Source: Planctomycetota bacterium
GTDB taxonomy: Bacteria > Planctomycetota > MHYJ01 > WSZJ01
Assembly: GCA_038060895.1 (NCBI GenBank)
Contig: JBBTCT010000012.1
Span: 1-41,688 of the forward strand
DNA: 41,688 nt
Reading direction: 5' to 3'
A program made the position numbers and the translations under genes. How positions within the stretch are numbered: position 1 is the stretch's first letter; every line of letters starts with the position of its first letter. The notes beneath the pieces were generated by a model that was not told the DNA's origin, did no database searches, and worked only from the letters and a program-made list of their open reading frames with translations. Positions 25,579-33,060 of this stretch are shown here, piece by piece.

Positions 25579-25618
25579 GATGATCGGAAACTGATTGTCA
25601 GATTACAATTACATTAAG
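25579..25618 (-). promoter_or_regulatory. Possible OmpR-type tandem direct-repeat operator upstream of the response regulator
   Basis: AT-rich patch. On the minus strand, TTAAT/GTAAT/ATCAG/ATCAT recur at 11-nt spacing. Confidence 0.3.
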
Positions 25619-26282
25619 AAGTGCTCGCCGGTCCTTTCGCCACTACCACAAAGTCCTCGAAAAAGAACTTCATCTTGTAGACGCATCGAACCACTTTCAG
25701 CCCCGCCGACTCCACCTCGGCGATGGCCTGCGGCTCCGTCACCCTCTTCGTCAACTGCTTTCCGCCGAACAAAAAGCGCTTCAGGTTCCGCGTCGAAATC
25801 GCATTCAGATAATTCAAGACCACCAGTTCCGAAACCCGACCAAGCTCCCGGATCGCGGTCAGTCTCATCACGGGCGGCACGGAGTGCAGAAACCTGAAGC
25901 AGACGGATGCTGGAAACGCCTTGTCACGGAACGGCAACCTCATCGCGTCCAGGTGCACACCCCCCGTTGCTCCCGGGAGGGATTCCTTCACCATCCACGG
26001 CGAAAAGTCCGCAACAATCGGGCGCAGTCCCCGCGAACGCAACCCCCTGCTGATCCTGCCCCCGCCGCATGGCGAGTCCAGCACCAGCGCCTCCCGCGCC
26101 AGTCCCTTCAGCGCATTCCCCACCATCCGTGCGTCCAGCCAGCTTGAGTATCGCCTTCCCGGAGGACCCGCGTAGTGCCGGTCGTAATCGCTGCACCGCT
26201 CTTTCTCCTGGGCATACTTGTTCCGCCAGCCTTCGTACACCCTGGTCGTTTCTTTGTCGATCACGGCCGGACGATGCTCCAT
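25614..26282 (-). CDS. Class I SAM-dependent methyltransferase (tandem paralog 2)
   Basis: VLDSPCGGGRI, DAMRLPFRD and CFRFLH. Start MEHRP chosen by alignment to the paralog. Confidence 0.85.
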   Translation of the reverse strand: MEHRPAVIDKETTRVYEGWRNKYAQEKERCSDYDRHYAGPPGRRYSSWLDARMVGNALKGLAREALVLDSPCGGGRISRGLRSRGLRPIVADFSPWMVKESLPGATGGVHLDAMRLPFRDKAFPASVCFRFLHSVPPVMRLTAIRELGRVSELVVLNYLNAISTRNLKRFLFGGKQLTKRVTEPQAIAEVESAGLKVVRCVYKMKFFFEDFVVVAKGPASTS

Positions 26283-26381
26283 TCGTCCCATTGTCGTCTG
26301 GAGGAATTCAATTTCGGCAGAATTCTGATTAAGAAACGATGAATGGGCAACGGCCGCAAGTCACCGCGTTGCATTCCGGAT

Positions 26382-27056
26382 TCAACTACTGGAAGCCTCT
26401 TCGCAACTCTGAGCCACAACGACGAAATCCTCGAAGCAGAACCTCGCCTTGTAGACACACCGCAACACTTTCAACCCCGCCGATTCCACCTCGGCAATCG
26501 CCTGAGGCTCCGTCACGCGCCCTCTTTTCTGTTTCGCTCCCATCAAGAACAGCCTCAGGTTTCTGACCGACAATGCGTTCAGGTAGTTCAACACCACGAC
26601 TTCCGAAACCCGCCCCAGCTCCCTGATGGCGGCCAGCCTCATGACGGGCGGCACCGAATGCAGGAACCGGAAACAGACGGATGCCGGAAACGCCTTGTCC
26701 CGGAACGGCAGCCGCATGGCATCCAGCCTCACGCCACCCTCGGCCGCGGGCCGCGACTCCTTCACCATCCACTGCGAGTAGTCGGCGACCACCGGACGGA
26801 ATCCGTACGACCGCAGCGCCCGCGCAATCCGGCCGCCGCCGCACGGCATGTCCAGCACCAGGGCTTCACGCGCGGACCCCGCCAGCGCCCTCCTCACCAT
26901 CCGCGCGTCCAGCCAGCTCAGATACCGCCGGCCTGCCCAGCTCGCATGGTGCCGGTCGTAACCGGTACACCTCGCTTCTTCCTCCGCATACCGGTTCCTC
27001 CAGCGCTCGTACGACCGAACGCCGCCCTCCTCCAGGGTTGTGGGTGAGTGTTCCAT
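26382..27056 (-). CDS. Class I SAM-dependent methyltransferase (tandem paralog 1)
   Basis: VLDMPCGGGRI, DAMRLPFRD and CFRFLH. Starts 2 nt after the stop of the upstream ArnT-like gene. Confidence 0.85.
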   Translation of the reverse strand: MEHSPTTLEEGGVRSYERWRNRYAEEEARCTGYDRHHASWAGRRYLSWLDARMVRRALAGSAREALVLDMPCGGGRIARALRSYGFRPVVADYSQWMVKESRPAAEGGVRLDAMRLPFRDKAFPASVCFRFLHSVPPVMRLAAIRELGRVSEVVVLNYLNALSVRNLRLFLMGAKQKRGRVTEPQAIAEVESAGLKVLRCVYKARFCFEDFVVVAQSCEEASSS

Positions 27057-27058
27057 GC

Positions 27059-28765
27059 CTACTTCACCTGCACGTCATAGAGCACATAGGCATCCTTCTC
27101 CTTGCGGTACGGAATGTCCGGCTTTTCGCTCTCAACTTCAACGGTCGCGTCGAAGAGCGGGCTTTCCTCAATCTCTTTCCGGTACCTCGCATCCGCCACG
27201 ACAACGCCGCGGCCCCCCTGCTTCATCAGCATCCCGCGCAGCATCTCCCCATCATCTGCATCCGACGCTTCTCCCAGATACCAGAACAGCCGCGCGTTCT
27301 GGGCGTGGTAGTACAGCAGCCGCTCGCCAGGGTGCCTCTTCCGCACGGCCTGCCCGAATCTGCGCTCCACGTAGAGGCGGTCGCGAAGGACGTCGCCTGA
27401 CGTCGAAGCGAAAACATAGACCGGGAGCAGGACGCCGAGGGAGATCAAGACGTGGGCCGCAGGCGGACTTGCGCGCCTCGACCACCAGAAGCCTCCGGCG
27501 GCCGCGAGCAGGAGGACGCCGCCGAGCGGAGCGAGCGGAAGAGCGCTCGCGGCCTTGCCGAGATTCCCAGGGAGGAACGGCGCGATGCAGAGCGCAAGAC
27601 CCGCGAGCGGCGCGAAGACGTAGACCAGCAGCGCGGGCCCTTCGCCGAGAATCCGCCACCCCCCCTTCTCCCGTCCGCCCGATTCCCGCTTCCGCGCGAC
27701 CTCATCGAACATGGCCGCGACCAGGAGGGCGCACCAGGGGAAGACCGGGAGGATGTAGTAGGACCGCCGGGAGGCCGATGCCGTGAACATCAGGAAGACG
27801 ACAGCGGCGGCGGTGGCGGCGAAGCGGCGGCCGCGGTCGGATTTCCAGGTGCGGGCGGCGAAGGCGGCTGCGCCGGGGATGGCGAGACCCCAGGGCATGA
27901 AGAGGGCCGGGAGGCTGTAGAAGTAATAGAGCACCGGGTTGTTCTTGTGGTCGTAGGGGTCGTAGATGCGCTGGATGTTTTCGACATACCAGACCTTGAA
28001 GAGGCTCCAGTCGTGGCGCTGTGAGAAGGACATCAGGAAGGACATCGCGAACAAGGCCCCGGCGAGGGGGACGGCGGCCGCGAGCCAGGGCCAGGAGCGG
28101 AGAATGTCCCTGCGCCGGTGAAGCAACGCGTCGCAGAACCCCACGGCACAGGGAAGGATGATCGCAGGAATCCCCTTGGCCTGCGACCCGAGCCCGATCA
28201 GCGCCGCGAACGCGAAGGCGTGCCACGGCCGGAAGCCGCGGATCGACTCGACATAGACCGCGATCGCGGCGGTCGCAAACGCGACGTTCATCGTGTCCAT
28301 CGCGGCGGTGCGCGACCAGAGCCACCAGGAGTAGGCCGTGACCAGAACCCAGCCCGCCGGGACCGCCGCGCGGCGTCCCAGCAACCGCGCCGCGAGGTGC
28401 CCGGTGAGAAGGACCGTCGCGGCGCCGGACAACGCAGCGGGCAGACGCCCCGCCAATTCGGAGACGCCCCCGGTGAAGAACGATGAAACGGCGACGCACC
28501 AGAAATAGAGCAGCGGCCGGAACCCCCAGAATTCCCCGTAGAGATCCGGGGTGAGCCAGGCCCCCTTCGTCCTCATGCTGAGCGCGATCCCGAGCGTGCG
28601 CCCCTCGCTTCCCCAGCACTGAAGCTGTCCGAGCGCGATGAACAGGGGGATGCAGCCCAGCAGGAGGAGCGACGCATCGCGACCCGTCAGCCGTTCGCCG
28701 GGAATCCCGGAGGCGCCGTCGGGCGGAACAGGCGCGGCGTCGTGTTGTTCCGGGGGTGTGGTCAA
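27059..28765 (-). CDS. Second ArnT-like GT-C glycosyltransferase
   Basis: SEGRTL, WLTPDL, FRPLLYFW, SELAGRLPAAL, AKGIPA, DHKNNPVLYY and SRRSYYILP. TTG 28765 follows GGAAGGA. The 1061-aa track ORF is over-extended antisense to the next gene. Confidence 0.85.
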   Translation of the reverse strand: MTTPPEQHDAAPVPPDGASGIPGERLTGRDASLLLLGCIPLFIALGQLQCWGSEGRTLGIALSMRTKGAWLTPDLYGEFWGFRPLLYFWCVAVSSFFTGGVSELAGRLPAALSGAATVLLTGHLAARLLGRRAAVPAGWVLVTAYSWWLWSRTAAMDTMNVAFATAAIAVYVESIRGFRPWHAFAFAALIGLGSQAKGIPAIILPCAVGFCDALLHRRRDILRSWPWLAAAVPLAGALFAMSFLMSFSQRHDWSLFKVWYVENIQRIYDPYDHKNNPVLYYFYSLPALFMPWGLAIPGAAAFAARTWKSDRGRRFAATAAAVVFLMFTASASRRSYYILPVFPWCALLVAAMFDEVARKRESGGREKGGWRILGEGPALLVYVFAPLAGLALCIAPFLPGNLGKAASALPLAPLGGVLLLAAAGGFWWSRRASPPAAHVLISLGVLLPVYVFASTSGDVLRDRLYVERRFGQAVRKRHPGERLLYYHAQNARLFWYLGEASDADDGEMLRGMLMKQGGRGVVVADARYRKEIEESPLFDATVEVESEKPDIPYRKEKDAYVLYDVQVK

Positions 28766-28888
28766 CGGGTCCTTCCGCGAGAATTCGAACCGATAGCCTC
28801 CCGTGAACGGGCTCGGAAGGCCAGATGAAAAACTGTGCGCCCCACTGTTTCGGCCCGGATCGTATGCGCCGTCTGCTCCCAAGCTAAC

Positions 28889-30343
28889 ATGGGATTCCCC
28901 ATGGGAATCAGCATGGCCAACGGCGCACTCCCGCTCTTCCACGACGCCGTGCGCGCCGATCGACTGGTAGTGGTCGGCCTTAAGATGGCCGAGTTGGGCA
29001 ACCAGGGCCTCCGCGAGGACGTGCTCGGCTTCCCCCTCGTCGCCAAGAGGCTCTTCACGGCGATGGGGATCGAGCACACCTCCATCGACATCAACGGAAA
29101 AGACGGAGCGCTCCCGATCGACCTGGGAATCCCGATCAGCCAGCCGGAGTTGCTGGGGGCCTTCGACCTCCTGACGAATTTTGGAACGGTCGAACACGTG
29201 AACCGGCAGTACCAGGCGTGGCTCAACATCCATCGCCTGGTGAAAGTCGGCGGTCTGTTTCTTCACATCCTCCCGGAAACGGGTTCCTGGCCCGGGTACT
29301 GCGAGTACCGGTACGGCGCGGACTTTTTTCCCGCCCTCGCGGCCTGCTGTGGATACGAAATCGTGAAATCTCACCGCTGCGGGATCGAAGCGGACCGGAA
29401 ATGCTTCGCCGCGGTGCTGCGCAAGAAGGGAAGTGAATTTCCGAACGAAGCCGAGTTCCTTGCCAGGGTGCCCATCGACGCGTCGGCCGCGAGTAAGGGC
29501 GGCCCCCTGACGGTCAGACGGCTCCTCGAAATGTCCCGTGCCGATCTCGACGAACTCTACGCTTCGCGGGGGGCCGGCTCGATTCCCCAGGGCGATTCCC
29601 GCGGGACCGGCATCCCCATGGCCGGATCCTTCCTCACCGCGCCCATCTCGAGACTGGGCAACTTCCTCTGGCAGGGAAAAGTGTTCGACCCCGCCACCTC
29701 CACACTCGTCAACAAGGTCCTGGGAATCCGGCTCTTCGTCGCCCGGGTTTACCCGGGCGAAAGCTGGTTCGACGGCAAACCCGCCATCATCGTCGACTAC
29801 CAGGGCACGTCCTGGCTCTGCGGGCCCATCCGCGATGAAATCCGGGAATTGGCCCCGGGCCTTTACCTCGGCATGGCGTACCTCCGGTCCGCGGGGCGGA
29901 AGCGCCTGCTGCACTTTGCTCTCGACCTCACCCCTGCCGAGACGCCGCCCCGGTTCACGCGGCGCGTCACCGGCGTCCTGTCGGCGCTCCTGATTCTCTC
30001 CGGCATCCTCGGACTCGCGCTCCCCCATCCGATGCGCTTCACGTCCACCGCACCTCCCTTCCTCATCTTTCACATCGCCGCCGGCCTTCTGGGCAGCCTG
30101 ATCGCTGTGTTCGGACGCAACGGGCACACCCGCGCCTTCAATTTCCTCTTTGGCCTCGCCTGCCTCTACCAGGCCGTGGCCAGCTTCGCAGTGCTGTTTC
30201 CCGCGAAGGAATTCCTCTGGAAGAGGTTCGACGACGTGCTCCACCTGGCACTGGGTTTAGCGCTCGTGGCGGTCGGGCTGCTCGGCGGCGGCGTGCTGAA
30301 GCGCAGGATGAAAGAAATGAAGCGCCGCAGGTCCGGGTCGTAG
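28889..30343 (+). CDS. Multidomain protein: N-terminal SAM-methyltransferase-like domain, uncharacterised beta-rich domain, and C-terminal ~4-TM domain
   Basis: MAELGNQ, SIDING, FDLLTNFGTVEHV and LVKVGG in the N-terminal part. WQGKVF...SWFDGKPAIIVDY...IRDEIRELAPGLYLG in the middle. Hydrophobic C-terminus with FHIAAG and DDVLHL. Start uncertain (28835/28889/28901). Confidence 0.7.
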   Translation: MGFPMGISMANGALPLFHDAVRADRLVVVGLKMAELGNQGLREDVLGFPLVAKRLFTAMGIEHTSIDINGKDGALPIDLGIPISQPELLGAFDLLTNFGTVEHVNRQYQAWLNIHRLVKVGGLFLHILPETGSWPGYCEYRYGADFFPALAACCGYEIVKSHRCGIEADRKCFAAVLRKKGSEFPNEAEFLARVPIDASAASKGGPLTVRRLLEMSRADLDELYASRGAGSIPQGDSRGTGIPMAGSFLTAPISRLGNFLWQGKVFDPATSTLVNKVLGIRLFVARVYPGESWFDGKPAIIVDYQGTSWLCGPIRDEIRELAPGLYLGMAYLRSAGRKRLLHFALDLTPAETPPRFTRRVTGVLSALLILSGILGLALPHPMRFTSTAPPFLIFHIAAGLLGSLIAVFGRNGHTRAFNFLFGLACLYQAVASFAVLFPAKEFLWKRFDDVLHLALGLALVAVGLLGGGVLKRRMKEMKRRRSGS

Positions 30344-30357
30344 TCCTCGCCGGGCGC

Positions 30358-31728
30358 CTACCGGCGGTACCGCTTCAGGATCGGGAACTTCGGGCTCTTT
30401 GCGTCCCCCGAGGCCAGGCCGACGGGCCCCTGCTCCAGCGCCGCCCGGAACGTCGGGGGCGGCTGCCCTGCCACCATCGCCTCGAGGTCGCGCACGAGTT
30501 GCCCGGGCTGCTGGTAGCGCGCAGCGGCGTTCTTCTCCATCATCCTGCCGATGACGAGGTTCACGCCGATGGGAAGCGACGGACGGCGCGCGCGCGGCGG
30601 CACGAGCGGCTCGGTGGCGTGCTTGCGCATGACTGCGACGGCGTCGCGGCCGCTGAACGGAAGCTGCCCGGTCACCATGTGGTAGAAGGTCGCGCCGAGA
30701 GAGTAGATGTCGCTTCGGATGTCGATGTCCTCGGAGCCCAGTGACTGTTCCGGGGAGATGTAGTCCGGCGTCCCGACGGCAAAATCCGGGTCGGTCTCGT
30801 CGGGGTCCCCCGCCATCGCCTTGGCAAGCCCGAGGTCGCACAGCTTCGCGACGCCCGTGTCCGTCACCATGATGTTGTCGGGCTTGATGTCCCGGTGAAG
30901 CAGCCCCGCCGTCCACGCCGCCTCCATCGCGCTGGCGACCTGCTTGACGATCCCGCAGGCCTCGCGAGGCTCAAAGACCTCCCCGCGCGCCAGGATCGCT
31001 CCGACGGTCCTCCCCTCCACGAACTCCATCACGAAGTAGTAGAGCCCGTTGTGCTCGCCGACGTCGATCCCCTGGATGATGTTCGCGTGCGAGACCTTTG
31101 CCGCCGCGCGCGCTTCGCGGAAAAACCTCTGCACAAATTCCTGCCGGTGCGAGTACTTCGGCGAGAGGATCTTGATCGCGACCTCGCGCTCCATCCGGAC
31201 CTGAAGCGCTTTGTAGACCGTTCCCATCGCGCCGCGCCCGACAAGCCCGAGAATCCGGTACCCCGGGATCAATTCGTATCCGCGCTTTTTCTGCTGCACC
31301 TTCAAGACCATCTTCCCCTGCTCGCTCGTCACGTACCCTTTGTCCACCATGAGCGCCGCGATCCGGCGGTGGTGCGGCCCGTTCTCGCGCTGAACGCGCT
31401 GTTCCATGAGGCACTGGTCCACCTGCTCGATCGTCACGAGCCCCAGGTCGATGGCGACTGCCCCGAACGAAAGGTCCTGCTGGTCGGCCAGGGCGATCTC
31501 GTCAAATCCTTCCTCCGGCGGCTCCGCCCCGCCCTTGCTCTGCGCGTCGATGACCTCGCGCGCCTGCTCGACCGTCATGTGACCCTTCTTGATCAGGATC
31601 GTCGCGATCTTCGGAGTGTGCTTTCCCTGCTGGCGAAGCCGGTGCTGGAGCGCAAGGCACTCGTTGAGTTGCCGAAGGGAGAGAAATCCGCGCTGGACGG
31701 CGAGTTCGCCGAAGGAGTTGTCGTGCAC
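30358..31728 (-). CDS. Hanks-type Ser/Thr protein kinase with N-terminal MshEN-like repeats
   Basis: GRGAMGTVY, VAIK, RFFREA, HRDIKPDN, DLG, GTPDYISPE and SDIYSLG. Four ~24-aa N-terminal repeats ending in Q. Confidence 0.92.
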   Translation of the reverse strand: MHDNSFGELAVQRGFLSLRQLNECLALQHRLRQQGKHTPKIATILIKKGHMTVEQAREVIDAQSKGGAEPPEEGFDEIALADQQDLSFGAVAIDLGLVTIEQVDQCLMEQRVQRENGPHHRRIAALMVDKGYVTSEQGKMVLKVQQKKRGYELIPGYRILGLVGRGAMGTVYKALQVRMEREVAIKILSPKYSHRQEFVQRFFREARAAAKVSHANIIQGIDVGEHNGLYYFVMEFVEGRTVGAILARGEVFEPREACGIVKQVASAMEAAWTAGLLHRDIKPDNIMVTDTGVAKLCDLGLAKAMAGDPDETDPDFAVGTPDYISPEQSLGSEDIDIRSDIYSLGATFYHMVTGQLPFSGRDAVAVMRKHATEPLVPPRARRPSLPIGVNLVIGRMMEKNAAARYQQPGQLVRDLEAMVAGQPPPTFRAALEQGPVGLASGDAKSPKFPILKRYRR

Positions 31729-31779
31729 CCGCGCGAGTATAGCGGGGGTCCGTTCGGGCGGCGAGCGCCGAGGAAGGGG

Positions 31780-31876
31780 GTAGTGTGTAGTTGGTAGGGG
31801 GTAGGAACGGCCAAGTCCATCTCGACCGGGAGGATGTTCCTACCCCCTACCCACTACCTCCTACCCACTGCCCTAC
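31780..31876. repeat. Heptamer-periodic palindrome, family B full copy
   Basis: GTAGTGT GTAGTTG GTAGGGG GTAGGAAC ... GTTCCTAC CCCCTAC CCACTAC CTCCTAC CCACTGC. Confidence 0.8.
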
Positions 31877-32733
31877 TCGGCGGCCATCTTCAACAGTCTC
31901 TCGCGCAGCGAGTCTTCGGGCAGCTGCTTCCAATGCTCCCCCGCTTTCGCCCCTTCTCCCAGCGAGATCAGGATCCACCCTGCCAGGAATCTCGCATTGA
32001 CGCTGGCCGGGTCGCTCTTGAGCCTGGCCTCGACGTCCGCCGAAATCCGGTCTCGTTCCGCCCGGTCCGGGACCAGGTCGGCCAGTCGCGCCCAGGTCCG
32101 CCGGAACTCAGGCGTCGCTTCGAGTCCCCGCCGGATCGCTTTCGCCGCGGGCGCAATGTCGCCGGCCGCGAGCAACGCAAATCCGTACAGCATCTGCGCC
32201 GGCCCGTCCTCCGGGTCCGCCCACACCGCGTCCTTCAGCGCCGTCTGCGCATCGACGTAATTGCGCTCGCGCAGAAAGGACAGCCCCGCCTGGATCGCCT
32301 TCGACCGCGCCTTCTTCGTCTCCGCTTCGGCACGCCCGAGGCCCTTGTCGCGAAGCGCGGCCTCGCGCTGCAGGAGGGTCAGGTCGAAATCAAAACCCCG
32401 GCCGGATTTCGGGTACTCCGAGACGCCGGTCACCTTCCCGTCAGCGTCCAGGTAGACAAGGCCGAAAGTGCGGTAGCTCGGCGGGTTGTAGGGGTTATAG
32501 AACCAGACGTCGTCCGTGGTGGCATAGAAGCGGTTCCCGGGGGTCGGCCAGCGCGCGTGGAAGATCGGCCCGTAGGCTCGCGAAGCGACCGGCAGGATGG
32601 CGCTTCCATAGCCGCCGACTCCAATCGTCACGGACCAGCTGGAGTGGCTTCCGGAGTGGGAATAGGCGAAGGAGAAGCCTGCGTGGGCGAGGGACGGAAG
32701 GGCGAGGGCGGCCAGGACGGCGATGAAGCGCAT
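31873..32733 (-). CDS. Exported protein with C-terminal TPR-like repeats
   Basis: Signal peptide MRFIAVLAALALPSLAHA, a Tyr/Gly/Ser-rich N-terminal part, and TPR-like helices (AQMLYGFALLAAGD, ARFLAGWILISLGE). Confidence 0.75.
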   Translation of the reverse strand: MRFIAVLAALALPSLAHAGFSFAYSHSGSHSSWSVTIGVGGYGSAILPVASRAYGPIFHARWPTPGNRFYATTDDVWFYNPYNPPSYRTFGLVYLDADGKVTGVSEYPKSGRGFDFDLTLLQREAALRDKGLGRAEAETKKARSKAIQAGLSFLRERNYVDAQTALKDAVWADPEDGPAQMLYGFALLAAGDIAPAAKAIRRGLEATPEFRRTWARLADLVPDRAERDRISADVEARLKSDPASVNARFLAGWILISLGEGAKAGEHWKQLPEDSLRERLLKMAAE

Positions 32734-32798
32734 GAGAGAAGCTCCCGAGCGGGAAGCAGGCCCGCGTCAATCCCCCCGACGTCCGGATTGTACACCTG

Positions 32799-33000
32799 GG
32801 TTGGGGGTTTGGAGTTCCGGAAGTTGAGTTCCGGGATCCGGGTTCCGAGTTCCGGGTGGGGTTGGGAGTTTCGGGTTGCGAGCAGAGGTTCGCAAACCGC
32901 TCCGTGCCCGCAACCGAACTGCAAACTCCCGACTCGCGACTCAGAACCCAGGTCGGAACCCGGAACTCGGATCCCGGAACTCAACTTCCGGAACCCCAAA
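32799..33000. repeat. Heptamer-based long imperfect palindrome, family A copy 2
   Basis: GAGTTCCGGAAGTTGAGTTCCGGG from 32812 and CCCGGAACTCAACTTCCGGAACCC ending ~32996. Confidence 0.85.
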
Positions 33001-33002
33001 CC

Positions 33003-33037
33003 AAAAACAAAGAGGCCCCGGCAAAGCCGGGGCCTCT
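33003..33037 (-). terminator. Rho-independent terminator of the HEAT-repeat gene
   Basis: Perfect 12-bp stem AGAGGCCCCGGC/GCCGGGGCCTCT with a 3-nt loop, followed on the minus strand by TTGTTTTT; lies 23 nt after the stop at 33061. Confidence 0.8.
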
Positions 33038-33060
33038 GATAACCGCTGTGTCGCCGATCC

